NCBI GenBank assembly: GCA_049324195.1
Contig: JBMOKZ010000410.1
Coordinates: 1 to 39,145 of the forward strand
Length of the DNA stretch: 39,145 nucleotides
From: Candidatus Zixiibacteriota bacterium
GTDB lineage: Bacteria > Zixibacteria > MSB-5A5 > GN15 > FEB-12
Reading direction: 5' to 3'
Within the stretch, counting starts at the first letter, position 1. Every line of letters begins with the position of its first letter. Positions 15,051 to 24,725 of this stretch are shown one piece after another. Both the position numbers and the translations under genes were made by a program. The notes beneath the pieces are model-generated. The model worked only from the letters and a program-made list of their open reading frames with translations. It was not told the origin of the DNA and did no database searches.

Positions 15051-16938
15051 GTCCGAACTGCCTGTCTAAATCCTCACGACTCATTTTGATGAAAGTCGGA
15101 CGGCCGTGCGGGCAAGTATAGCGGTTTTCGCAGTGAAACAGACGCCTGATAAGTCCCAACGCTTCTTCATCGGTAATGCGGTCACCGGCCATAATCGCCC
15201 CCCGGCAGGCAATCGATTCCGCCATGGCTTTTTTCATGTCGAAACCGGCCTTCTGGTACGAAGCCAGGTCATCGAGAATATGAAAGATAACTTTTTCAGG
15301 GGATTTTTTCGCGAGCACCGTCGGCACGGCCTCGATATTTATCATCTGTCCCCCGAAATGGGATACGGTAAACCCGGAGTTATTCAAGAGGTCCACGGAT
15401 TCGTCGAACACTGCCAGCATGGTCGGACTGAGCTCGACCTGAACCGGAAACAACAACTGCTGACCGACCACACTGCGCGCCTCGACCTGACGGGAGGTTT
15501 CCTCGTAAAGCACCCGCTCGTGCGCGGCGTGCTGATCAACGATAAAGAGGTTCTCCCCTGTTTTGAACAACAGATACAGGTCCGCGAATTTCCCGATCAA
15601 GCGTACGCCGTCACTGTCGGCCAGGGCGGATTCGATATCCTCGACCCGGGCGGTTTCGGGTGTGGCGGCAGGTCCCTTAACCGGCGGCTCCGCATGCGGC
15701 GGGTTCTCGATTATCTCCCCGGTGGTCGTGTCCACGCGGACAATACTTCGTTCCAGCGAGGCGTCGTTGAGAGTTCCGGGGTTATAAAGCTCTTTCAGGA
15801 AATCCTTATTGACGTTGAAATGACCCATCACACCCGGAATCACAGGCGACTTTGACGACGGTTTCCCGGACGCCGGGAATTGGGGGGTGTAACCTTCCGG
15901 TCCGGCGGCTTGCCTGTACGAAGGAATAACATTGTCCTGCCGCAGGGATTCCTTGACCAGCCGATGCACAGCATTGTATATCTGGCGATCGCGGAAAAGT
16001 TTTATCTCGGTTTTCGAGGGGTGGACATTGACATCGATTTCGTCGGGCCGCACTGTCAAAAGCAACGCACCGATGGGGTAATTACCCCGGGGGAGCATCT
16101 CGCCATAACCGGACATAAAGGCATGAGCGATTGACGCCGAGTAGATGAAACGGCCGTTGATGAAAATATACTGACCAAGACGGTTACTCTGGGCGGCGTC
16201 CGGTTTGCCTATCACACCCTCGATTTTCACTTCCTCGGTCTCGCCCTCGATATAGATAAACTCCTTGCCGGGGTTCAGCAGGGGGTTGACCCGGTCCTTT
16301 AGAGAACCGCCCGCAGGCAACGAGAAAATATTACGGCCGTTGAGCGTATAAGAAAAGCCGACCCCGAATCGCCCGATCGCCAACGCGGTAACGAGACGCG
16401 AGATATGCCGTGTCTCGGTAGCTTCGGACTTGAGGAATTTCCGCCGGGCGGGCGTGTTGAAGAACAAATCCTCAACCTCGACCGCCGTTCCCGGCGGCGC
16501 CGCCACCGGCTGTTTTGACTGAAGCACCCCGCCTTCATATCTTATCTCCATCGCGATCTCGGCTTCGGGCGGTCGCGATACCATCCGTACCCTGGCAACT
16601 GAAGCAACCGATGGTAGAGCTTCACCGCGAAAACCGTACGACACCAGCGATTCGAGGTCGCTGAAGTTGTATATTTTCGAAGTGGCGTGGCGGGAAAACG
16701 CAACTTCAATTTGCTCGGCGCCGATACCGCAACCGTTGTCGATAATCTTGATCAGTTTCGAACCGGATTTCTCGATGATTATCTCGATACGGTCAGCCCC
16801 GGCATCGAGTGAATTCTCGACCAGTTCCTTGACAACCGCGGCCGGGCGTTCGATTACCTCGCCAGCGGCGATTTTGTTTATCAGGCGCTCCGGCAGGGGA
16901 CGTATCCAGCGGGTGTTTGTTTGTGATTTGTCCACCAA
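15043..16938 (-). CDS. mutL: DNA mismatch repair endonuclease MutL
   Basis: IAAGEVIERP, GFRGEAL, DVNVHPSK; endonuclease motifs DQHAAHERVLYE, ACR and CPHGRP; clamp motif QQLLFP. The TTG start is uncertain. Confidence 0.98.
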   Translation of the reverse strand: MVDKSQTNTRWIRPLPERLINKIAAGEVIERPAAVVKELVENSLDAGADRIEIIIEKSGSKLIKIIDNGCGIGAEQIEVAFSRHATSKIYNFSDLESLVSYGFRGEALPSVASVARVRMVSRPPEAEIAMEIRYEGGVLQSKQPVAAPPGTAVEVEDLFFNTPARRKFLKSEATETRHISRLVTALAIGRFGVGFSYTLNGRNIFSLPAGGSLKDRVNPLLNPGKEFIYIEGETEEVKIEGVIGKPDAAQSNRLGQYIFINGRFIYSASIAHAFMSGYGEMLPRGNYPIGALLLTVRPDEIDVNVHPSKTEIKLFRDRQIYNAVHRLVKESLRQDNVIPSYRQAAGPEGYTPQFPASGKPSSKSPVIPGVMGHFNVNKDFLKELYNPGTLNDASLERSIVRVDTTTGEIIENPPHAEPPVKGPAATPETARVEDIESALADSDGVRLIGKFADLYLLFKTGENLFIVDQHAAHERVLYEETSRQVEARSVVGQQLLFPVQVELSPTMLAVFDESVDLLNNSGFTVSHFGGQMINIEAVPTVLAKKSPEKVIFHILDDLASYQKAGFDMKKAMAESIACRGAIMAGDRITDEEALGLIRRLFHCENRYTCPHGRPTFIKMSREDLDRQFGRG

Positions 16939-19548
16939 TTACTCCAAATCCTCTTTCAATTTCCGTAAAAACTCAAAAGCCTGTACCGGCGTCATGTTGT
17001 CCAGGTCCGCGTCCCGGAGCGTCTGCTCGATTTTCGAGGGCTGCGGGTCGAACAAAGTCGGCTGGAACTTCTCCTTGTACAGTCCTTTCCCCAGTTCGCT
17101 CTGGTTGAACTTGCCGGATTCCAGAAGTTTCAGAATTTGTTTTGCCCGGCTCAACGTCGCCCGCGGCAGGCCGGCCAGCCGGGCAACCTCGATCCCGTAG
17201 GAATCATCGCATCCTCCGGGTATTATCTTATGCAGAAAGATTACCTTATCTTCCCATTTTTTCACCGCCACCTGGAAATTCTGCACCCGCTCGTACAGAC
17301 CGGCCATCGAAGTCAACTCATGGTAATGCGTGGCGAAAATCGTCCGCGCCTTGAGCTGCTCGTTGATATATTCCACCACCGACCAGGCCACCGACAGACC
17401 GTCGAAGGTTGATGTTCCCCGGCCGACTTCATCAAGAAGGACGAGCGAACGGTCCGTCGCGTTGTTCATAATGTTGGCTGTCTCGACCATTTCCACAAGG
17501 AAAGTCGATTGGCCGCGGGCGATATTGTCGAGCGCCCCGACCCGGGTGAAAACCCGGTCGACCAGACCGATTTCAGCCTTATCGGCGGGGACATACGAGC
17601 CAATTTGGGCCAGGATAACGATCAGGCCGGTCTGGCGAAGATAGGTCGATTTGCCCGACATGTTCGGCCCGGTCAAAACGACGATACTCCTGGCATCGAC
17701 GCCTAATTCGACATCGTTGGCCACAAACGACCCGGCCGGGAGAACGTCCTCGATTACCGGATGCCGACCGTTCTTGATGACCAGCCGGGTATCGTCGAAA
17801 AATTCCGGCCGGCAGTAATTCTTTTGAACCGCGAGCTCGGCCAGCGCCGCCGCCAGGTCAGTTTCGGCCAACAGGTCGGCGGTCGCAAGAATCTCGGCGA
17901 TATGCAGGTTCAGATAATCGAGAAGTTCCTCATAAAGCTCCTGTTCGAGTTTGAAAATCTTCTCCTCGGCGGCCAGAATCAGCTCTTCTTTCTCTTTCAA
18001 CTCCGGGGTGATATAGCGTTCGGCATTGACGAGCGTCTGCTTACGGATATATTCCTCGGGAACCAGTCTGGCGTTGGCCCGGGTGATTTCGATATAATAC
18101 CCGAAAACCTTGTTGAACCCGACCTTGAGAGTGCTGATGCCGGTGCGCTCGCGTTCCTTTTGCTGCAGCGAGCCGATATACAGCCGGGCTTCCCTGATGG
18201 AATCGTTCAGGGTATCGAGTTTGTCCGAATAACCCCGGTTGAAAATATGTCCCTTGTTGATGGTCAGGGGCGGCTCCTCGGTCAGGGCGGCGTTGATGCG
18301 TTCAATCACTTCGCCGTTGTCCGGTAGCGAAGAATAGATTTTCGTCAAAAGCGGGCTGTAAGCTTGCGTCAGCTTTTTCTTAATTTCGTTTGCTACCGTC
18401 AGGGCATCCCGGATGCCGGCCATCTGGCGCGGATTGAGCTTGCCGATACCGAGCCGCCCGGCGAACCGTTCTAGGTCGGGCAGTTTTTTGGTAGCCTCGC
18501 GCACCTGATAGCACAGCTCCCGGTTTTTGACCAGTTCGGCCACTCCGGTCAGGCGGAGCTGGATCGGGGTGACGGTCTTGAACGGCCGCAGCAGATTTTC
18601 CTTGAGGCGGCGCGCCCCGGCCGCGGTGTGACAGAAATTTATGGTCGCAAACAAGCTGTTTTCATCCGTCGCGGTGTCGATATTTTTAACCAGTTCCAGA
18701 TTGCGGACGGAATTGTAGTCGAGCGCCATGTATTCGCAGTTGTCGATGCGGTTGAGCTTCTTGATATGCGCCAGCTTGTCGTGATAATTTTCTTTCAGGT
18801 ACCGGAAAACGGCTCCTGCGGCGGTCACCGCCAGGCGGCTGTCAGCCAGCCCGAAGCCCTCGAGCGTCGCCGTCCCGAAATGCTGATTGAGCTCGCGCTG
18901 AGCTGTTTTCAAATCGAAATTCCACGCTCCGAATCCGGTCATACGGCTCTCGCGCGGGTTCAGCCCCATTTGTTCGGGCAGGTTATCGCCGTTTTCATCG
19001 ACGGGATAAATTATCTCCGAAGGCTCGGCGATACGCAGGCGTTCGACTATGTCATCCACCGGACCCTCATCGACCTGAAACGAACCGGTCGCCAAATCCA
19101 GAAGGGCCAGACCCATCTGATTTTTACCATGAGACACGACCGCCGCCAATGTCCGACTGGTGCGCCCGGTCTCGGATCCTTCGATAATCGCCGTACCCGG
19201 GGTGAGAATTTCCACGATTTCCCGTTTGACCAGACCCTTGGCCAGTTTGGGGTCCTCGACCTGCTCGACCACCACCACCTTCTCCCCCTTCTCAATCAGG
19301 CGGGCCAGATAACGGTCGGCGGCATGGTATGGCACGCCGGCAAGCGGCACTTTTTCGCTGTTGCCGTGCGAACGCGACGTCAGGGCAATACCCAGTATCG
19401 GGGCCGCCTTGATGGCGTCGTCACCGAACATCTCGTAAAAATCACCCATGCGGAAAAATAGAATTTTATCGGGATGCTTTTCTTTGATGGCGTAATACTG
19501 ACGCATCAGGGGGGTGAAATTGTTTTCTTTACCGGACCCCTTGCTCAT
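16939..19548 (-). CDS. mutS: DNA mismatch repair protein MutS
   Basis: TPLMRQY, FRMGDFYEMF, TGPNMSGKST, STFLVEM, DEVGRGTST, SYGIEVARLAG, C-terminal QPTLF. Confidence 0.99.
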   Translation of the reverse strand: MSKGSGKENNFTPLMRQYYAIKEKHPDKILFFRMGDFYEMFGDDAIKAAPILGIALTSRSHGNSEKVPLAGVPYHAADRYLARLIEKGEKVVVVEQVEDPKLAKGLVKREIVEILTPGTAIIEGSETGRTSRTLAAVVSHGKNQMGLALLDLATGSFQVDEGPVDDIVERLRIAEPSEIIYPVDENGDNLPEQMGLNPRESRMTGFGAWNFDLKTAQRELNQHFGTATLEGFGLADSRLAVTAAGAVFRYLKENYHDKLAHIKKLNRIDNCEYMALDYNSVRNLELVKNIDTATDENSLFATINFCHTAAGARRLKENLLRPFKTVTPIQLRLTGVAELVKNRELCYQVREATKKLPDLERFAGRLGIGKLNPRQMAGIRDALTVANEIKKKLTQAYSPLLTKIYSSLPDNGEVIERINAALTEEPPLTINKGHIFNRGYSDKLDTLNDSIREARLYIGSLQQKERERTGISTLKVGFNKVFGYYIEITRANARLVPEEYIRKQTLVNAERYITPELKEKEELILAAEEKIFKLEQELYEELLDYLNLHIAEILATADLLAETDLAAALAELAVQKNYCRPEFFDDTRLVIKNGRHPVIEDVLPAGSFVANDVELGVDARSIVVLTGPNMSGKSTYLRQTGLIVILAQIGSYVPADKAEIGLVDRVFTRVGALDNIARGQSTFLVEMVETANIMNNATDRSLVLLDEVGRGTSTFDGLSVAWSVVEYINEQLKARTIFATHYHELTSMAGLYERVQNFQVAVKKWEDKVIFLHKIIPGGCDDSYGIEVARLAGLPRATLSRAKQILKLLESGKFNQSELGKGLYKEKFQPTLFDPQPSKIEQTLRDADLDNMTPVQAFEFLRKLKEDLE

Positions 19549-20537
19549 CGGGCCACTACCTGAAAAACCTCACCGGTGGCGGCCTCAAGCTGCGCCTTGA
19601 ACCGGCTGGCCTCGTCATAGCTGCTGAACCGGCCGATATACACCACCTGATATTTTACTCCGGAGATGGTTTTGGTCTGGATATCGGTTTTATGGTCGTA
19701 CTTATCAAATCGTTTTGCCATACTTCGGGCGTTGTCTTTTTCGGAAAACACGCCCAGTTTGACCGAATAGAAAGTTCCGGTGATTTTCTCGGCGGCGTTG
19801 CTTTCCGAGCCGCGTGAGGAAATGCCGCCGATTTTTTCGATTAAAGCGTCAAGCCCGACCGCCGAAGGATAGGCTTCGCGGAATATATTATAATAAAAAA
19901 CGGCGTCATCGGTATTCTTGCGGGCGATGGCGTCCTCGGTTAAAAGGTACAGCGCCTGCGGTGCCCCGGGACCTTTTTTCTCACGGGAAAGTTCCTTCAA
20001 AACTTTTTGCGCCCCAATATGTTTATCGTTGGCCTTTAACACCCGGGCCTTGTCCACCAAACCCTCCTGGCAGTCGGTGTTGTCGAGGGTTTCCATCAGA
20101 TACCGGTCCGCCTGTTTCAGGGCAGCATCATACCGTCCGTTCATCTGGTCGATCATCACCGAAAACCTCAGAAAATCTTTCCGGTACCGCCCCGATTCCC
20201 AGCGCGTGAAGTAATTGTTGACGATTTCGGTCAGCGAGTCGCTGGAGCCGTTCACGAAATGATAGCAGGCCAGATGATAATATATTTCTTCCTGATAAAT
20301 TGCCGCGACGGAGGCTCGAAGGGCGGCTTTCATCAAATCGGCCGCTTTGTGGGCATCCGGCTCGATTAGCGACTGGAAGAACAACACGTCGCCATCGCGC
20401 GACGCCGCTGTGGCCAACCGCGACAGGGAGTCGGCTGCCTCTTTCAGGCGTCCTTCCATAATAAGCGAATAAACGTTATCGGCAAAAGCGGGGACCGCCA
20501 GCGACAGGAAAATTATGACGAGGACGAGTATTTTCAT
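19545..20537 (-). CDS. Periplasmic TPR-like protein with a C-terminal SPOR domain
   Basis: Signal peptide (AFA), a helical repeat region, and C-terminal YSVKLGVFSEKDNA...YQVVYIGRFSSYDEA, which is a SPOR pattern. Confidence 0.85.
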   Translation of the reverse strand: MKILVLVIIFLSLAVPAFADNVYSLIMEGRLKEAADSLSRLATAASRDGDVLFFQSLIEPDAHKAADLMKAALRASVAAIYQEEIYYHLACYHFVNGSSDSLTEIVNNYFTRWESGRYRKDFLRFSVMIDQMNGRYDAALKQADRYLMETLDNTDCQEGLVDKARVLKANDKHIGAQKVLKELSREKKGPGAPQALYLLTEDAIARKNTDDAVFYYNIFREAYPSAVGLDALIEKIGGISSRGSESNAAEKITGTFYSVKLGVFSEKDNARSMAKRFDKYDHKTDIQTKTISGVKYQVVYIGRFSSYDEASRFKAQLEAATGEVFQVVAR

Positions 20538-20572
20538 AAATATTCATAAGGTTTAAAAAAACTTTGACGATT

Positions 20573-21664
20573 TTAAACGGGCGCGGTTTTGGCTGTTTTC
20601 TCGAGTGACGCTTCTTTTTGTTTTTCCCAGCGGCGCTCCAGAGTGCGAAATAAAATATCGATTTTCTTGCGGTCGCCCTTATCCAGATAAATCCTGGTCA
20701 GTTCAATAACAGTGGCATAATCGTCGGGGTGGTCGTCCAAAACCTGCTCCAGTAGTTCGCGAGCCAGGTCAAGGTCGCCCTTCTTTTCGTAGAACTCAGC
20801 AAGGGTTCGCCGGGCTTCGATATTACGCGGCGAATGTTCCATGATATTGTGGCAGATTTCCATGATATCGCCGAACCGCCCCAGCTCGAACAGGGTCTTC
20901 TTGAGCCGTTCGATCACCCGGTGCGCCTGGTCAGGCACGGAGGCGATCAGTTTATTCCAGAAGTTAATGGCGTCTTCGAGCCGCTTCTCTTCGTAATAGG
21001 AATCGCCGATAGCCAGATAGGCGGGGACATACGAGGGATCCAATCCAATCGCTTCTTTATAAAAAATACGGGCTTTGTGATATTCACGCTGCTTATATAG
21101 CTGCTCGCCTTTTTTAAATTTAAAACGGGCCAGGGGTTTTTTGGACTTGGTTGATTCCAGTTTCAAAAGCTGCACCGCCGTTTCATAGGCATCGTCCCAT
21201 TTCTGCCCCTGTTCCTGGATTTTCAACAGATTGGTGTAAGCCCAGTGATTCTTGCCATCGAGATCAATCAGTTCTTTGAGGGCGTCCTCGGCCGTCTTCA
21301 ATTCGTTCATTGCCAGATAATCCGACGCCAGATGATAAAGGATATCGAGTTTATCTTGAAGCGACAGGTCGGAACGAAGAGTTAAATTTTTATGCACCTG
21401 CAATGCCCGGTCGGGTTTATTATGCTCGCGCAGAATCTGACCCAGGCGCAAGTAGGCGTCGATATTGTTCGGGTCCTCGGTAACCACCTGCCGAAGTTTG
21501 GAGAACGCGGCTTCCTGCCGACTGTTGAGCAAATCTTTCAGGGCGGAGAGATAGATAGTGGAGGTCTTTTTTTCCGGGGTCATGAAGAACCGGTCATAAA
21601 TGAAGTAAAACGAGATGGCGCCAAAAATCAGGACCAGTAAAATCAATATAAAGTCAAACATCAT
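20573..21664 (-). CDS. lapB: LapB (YciM)-like membrane-anchored TPR protein lacking the C-terminal rubredoxin domain
   Basis: Start reassigned to MMFDFIL. N-terminal TM helix; YLSALKDLL, AYLRLGQILRE..KPDRALQVHKNL and LASDY match the LapB N-terminus; lies directly after lapA. Confidence 0.8.
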   Translation of the reverse strand: MMFDFILILLVLIFGAISFYFIYDRFFMTPEKKTSTIYLSALKDLLNSRQEAAFSKLRQVVTEDPNNIDAYLRLGQILREHNKPDRALQVHKNLTLRSDLSLQDKLDILYHLASDYLAMNELKTAEDALKELIDLDGKNHWAYTNLLKIQEQGQKWDDAYETAVQLLKLESTKSKKPLARFKFKKGEQLYKQREYHKARIFYKEAIGLDPSYVPAYLAIGDSYYEEKRLEDAINFWNKLIASVPDQAHRVIERLKKTLFELGRFGDIMEICHNIMEHSPRNIEARRTLAEFYEKKGDLDLARELLEQVLDDHPDDYATVIELTRIYLDKGDRKKIDILFRTLERRWEKQKEASLEKTAKTAPV

Positions 21665-21665
21665 T

Positions 21666-22028
21666 TCAATCCTTATTAAAAACGGACTTATGCGCCGTGT
21701 TCGGGTTGTCGGCGTCTTTAATGAGATCCGCCGATTCGTCGATGGGTCGGTTGCGCAAAATAGCCAGTTCGGACTCCAGGGCTTTAATTTTCCGGAAAGC
21801 CGCCCTGACATTAACCGACTGTTTGATGAAGTTGGTAATAAAAAGAAATATCGAGAGCAGGGCGCCACTTACAAAAGACCAGAAAACCACGGTTAAAAGC
21901 GGAACATCCGCCCGGTCTTCAAAAAAAGGCATCAGGTTGATGTCGATCGTCTGAGTCAGGTTATTGAAAGCGAAAAAGACCATGCCCAGAATCAAAAGCA
22001 GTATTAAAACCGCCCATATAGCCCACAT
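21666..22028 (-). CDS. lapA: LapA family membrane protein
   Basis: Two TM helices with FAFNN and PLLTVVFWSFVSGALL, then a coiled coil ending LESELAILRNRPI; GGAGG RBS. Confidence 0.85.
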   Translation of the reverse strand: MWAIWAVLILLLILGMVFFAFNNLTQTIDINLMPFFEDRADVPLLTVVFWSFVSGALLSIFLFITNFIKQSVNVRAAFRKIKALESELAILRNRPIDESADLIKDADNPNTAHKSVFNKD

Positions 22029-22096
22029 AGGCCCTCCATATTTAAAGGATAAGTCAGCAAGTTAAAATAAAAAGCTCTTTGGCTCCGGTCAATAAT

Positions 22097-22123
22097 AAAA
22101 AAAGGCCGGCAGAACCGGCCTTT
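22097..22123 (-). terminator. Rho-independent terminator
   Basis: AAAGGCCGG-CAGAA-CCGGCCTTT with a T7 run on the minus strand, just after the stop at 22139. Confidence 0.85.
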
Positions 22124-22138
22124 CAAATCCACCCCGGA

Positions 22139-22813
22139 TTATTCCATCCATCTCATGGTATTTATCATTCCGATCATTTCGTTGAAAATCGAATCGAAAT
22201 ATTGATATTCACAAATCATATAGAACAATACGATGGTGTTGCCGTTTTTGGTGGCCACAATGGCGCCGCCGTAGGAACCGTAAACGCGCTTACCGCCGGC
22301 GGCCGAAGCGCTGGTGGCGACTTCCTTCATGTATTTGGCCTGGCCGAGCCATTGCACCCCCTTCAGCTCGTTCTCGACCGTCCCCAGCGACACCGGTTTC
22401 CGTCCCTTGGGAATCAATTCCTGTTCGGAAAGAATTTCGAATTGTTTTAAAATCTCTTTTTTCTGGTCGGTTTTGTAAGTTTCGCTCACCAGAGAATCGA
22501 TGAAAGTCAAAGTGGGCATGCTCGAAGTATCGGCGAAAACGACTATGCGCGGCACCTGAGTATAATCCGGAGCATCGGCATAGTCCATCGGAATATCGTA
22601 TTTCTTTCGAACACAAACAACCCGGTCGTTATCTTTTTCCTTGTTGATATTCGAGGACCATTCATCATTTATTTGGAACTGGAAATTATAGGCAGCATCC
22701 GTATAGACCCCGTCTTGATCAACTTCGCCGGCCATTTTAATCTTCCGCCGGGCATCCGCAACGTCAGGAATAATAAGGATTAAAGCTGTCAAAATAATTA
22801 TTAGTTTCTTCAT
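22139..22813 (-). CDS. Exported hypothetical protein, possibly PsbP/DcrB-like fold
   Basis: AGGAGG RBS before MKKLII (22813); signal peptide (ADA); YTDAAYNFQFQINDEW near the N-terminus and a terminal helix-strand FDSIFNEMIGMINTMRW. Confidence 0.75.
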   Translation of the reverse strand: MKKLIIILTALILIIPDVADARRKIKMAGEVDQDGVYTDAAYNFQFQINDEWSSNINKEKDNDRVVCVRKKYDIPMDYADAPDYTQVPRIVVFADTSSMPTLTFIDSLVSETYKTDQKKEILKQFEILSEQELIPKGRKPVSLGTVENELKGVQWLGQAKYMKEVATSASAAGGKRVYGSYGGAIVATKNGNTIVLFYMICEYQYFDSIFNEMIGMINTMRWME

Positions 22814-23018
22814 AATTCCTCCTAACAACCAGCATTACTTCTCTTTTATAGTTTTAACATTATACCCGTAATAATCAAGGATTAATTCATTTTTTTTCGT
22901 TAAATGATGGTCTTAAAACAACACCCTAACCAACCGAACAGACTTAATTACATAAACTTAGGTATAGAATAAACGAGAAAATTAAAGTAAAGCAACTAAA
23001 ATCAACCGGCTGGAGGAA

Positions 23019-23888
23019 TTACCGCTCGAAACCTATTTTCCTTTTGGTTTTCACGGCGATATAATCTGCGGCGTTGATGAAATCGAAATCGCTTAACAGA
23101 CGTTCCAGTTTGTACTTGAAAAGAGAAGTGGAACCGTAGGTCCGAAATTTCTGCACTGGTGTCAGGTTTTGGATTCGGGGCAAGTCCGGGTCGATTTCCC
23201 AGGGATGCAGATAAATCATTACCGGCTGCCCGGTCTTATTCAGTTTTCGAATCATCATCTTCATGTACCAGTAGGGAGAATGGCGCAGATAACCGCCGCC
23301 GGAGACAGGGATATTTTTGCCGAAAATACGGAGAGTCGAGGACGGAATCTCATACAGAAAATTACCGTTATCGAAAGACATCTTGAACATCTGGCGCGGC
23401 CCGGAAGGCATCCCGTACAGGTCATGCTTGATGGGGAAAATGGAACTGTCATAAGTAAAACCCATTTCCGCCAGAATCTCGAAAGCCCACGGGGTATCGG
23501 CGCTGAGAGACCAGCTCGGCGCCCGGTAGCCCATCGGCCGGATATCCACCGCCTTCACGATCGCCGCGACCGCCCGTTCGGTATCCTCGCGAAACTCTTC
23601 CGGTCCCATTTTGTCGACACGCACGTGCTGATAACTGTGACAGCCGATTTCATGGCCATAATCGCTGATTTCCCGGATTAGTTCGGGATAACGCTCGGCT
23701 ATCCAGCCAAGCACGAACCAGGTCGCGCGAACGTCTTTTTTGTGAAAAAGCTCCAGCAGACGATGACAGTTTTTTACCACGGTTGAGGGTAGCTGCGGCC
23801 ATTCGCCGACATCGTAACGCCCCGTCAAAATTTCGACCACGAACCATTCTTCGAGATCGACCGTCAAAATATTAAGGTTATTGCTCAT
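23019..23888 (-). CDS. Polysaccharide deacetylase (CE4; XrtA/PEP-CTERM-associated type with DUF3473)
   Basis: LTVDLEEWF, ATWFVLGWIAE, HEIGCHSYQH, GYRAPSWS, YDSSIFP, GGGYLR, YLHPWEIDP. Confidence 0.93.
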   Translation of the reverse strand: MSNNLNILTVDLEEWFVVEILTGRYDVGEWPQLPSTVVKNCHRLLELFHKKDVRATWFVLGWIAERYPELIREISDYGHEIGCHSYQHVRVDKMGPEEFREDTERAVAAIVKAVDIRPMGYRAPSWSLSADTPWAFEILAEMGFTYDSSIFPIKHDLYGMPSGPRQMFKMSFDNGNFLYEIPSSTLRIFGKNIPVSGGGYLRHSPYWYMKMMIRKLNKTGQPVMIYLHPWEIDPDLPRIQNLTPVQKFRTYGSTSLFKYKLERLLSDFDFINAADYIAVKTKRKIGFER

Positions 23889-23913
23889 GAGAGGTTTAAT
23901 AAAAAACGCGACT

Positions 23914-24720
23914 TTATTCCGGTTTCGGTGAAATCTTATCCTGAGTCGGATCGTTTCTTTTCTTTTTATCCGGCGTCGAATTCCCGTGAGGCGATTTCAT
24001 CCGGTCATCCTTACCTGACAGGCCGGGAGGTTTTTGCTCGTAATGATAACCGTAATACGAATAATCGTAATAATAAGGCAGACTTCCACTCATATTGTTC
24101 AGAACAACACCCAGCAGTTTGAAATGATTGGTCTTGAGAATATCGACCGCCCGCTTCACCACCTCGCGCTGGGTTTCTCCAGCCTTGATGACCAGGACCA
24201 CCCCGTCGACTTCGTTGGCCACGAACAGGGGGTCGGAGACGGGAATGATAGGGGCGGAATCGATGATTATCTGGTCGTAATAGAATTTCATTTCCTCGAT
24301 CAGGCGGCCGATCGCCGGGCCGTTGAAAACCTCGGCCGGATGCGCACTTATTTTCCCGGCGGTGATGACGTCGAGATTGTCCAGGCTGGTTTTCTTGATA
24401 ACACTCTTGGCCGCGGCTTCATCCGCTAGAATCTCGTGCAGACCCAGCTGACGCTCCAGTTTGAACAGCTGATGAATAACCGGACGCCGCAGGTCGCTGT
24501 CGATAATTACGGTCTTGAGCCCTTTCTTGGCCGCCGTAATCGCCAGCAGCGAGGTAATGGTGGACTTCCCCTCGGAAAGCATCGACGACGTAACCATGAC
24601 AGCCTTCATCTCGCCATCCTTTTCACTTTCCTGAAGGTTGTAAAGAAGCCTTCGGAACTCGGCGGCGAAAGCCGTTTCCAGACTGAAATAATCGATGATG
24701 GATATCTCGTTGTGCGTCAC
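23914..24720 (-). CDS. CpsD/CapB family bacterial tyrosine kinase (soluble, no transmembrane part)
   Basis: Walker A SSMLSEGKST, A' IIDSDLRRP, Walker B IIIDSAP, GVVLN, and a Tyr cluster YYYDYSYYGYHY. Confidence 0.95.
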   Translation of the reverse strand: MTHNEISIIDYFSLETAFAAEFRRLLYNLQESEKDGEMKAVMVTSSMLSEGKSTITSLLAITAAKKGLKTVIIDSDLRRPVIHQLFKLERQLGLHEILADEAAAKSVIKKTSLDNLDVITAGKISAHPAEVFNGPAIGRLIEEMKFYYDQIIIDSAPIIPVSDPLFVANEVDGVVLVIKAGETQREVVKRAVDILKTNHFKLLGVVLNNMSGSLPYYYDYSYYGYHYEQKPPGLSGKDDRMKSPHGNSTPDKKKRNDPTQDKISPKPE

Positions 24721-24725
24721 GGGGA

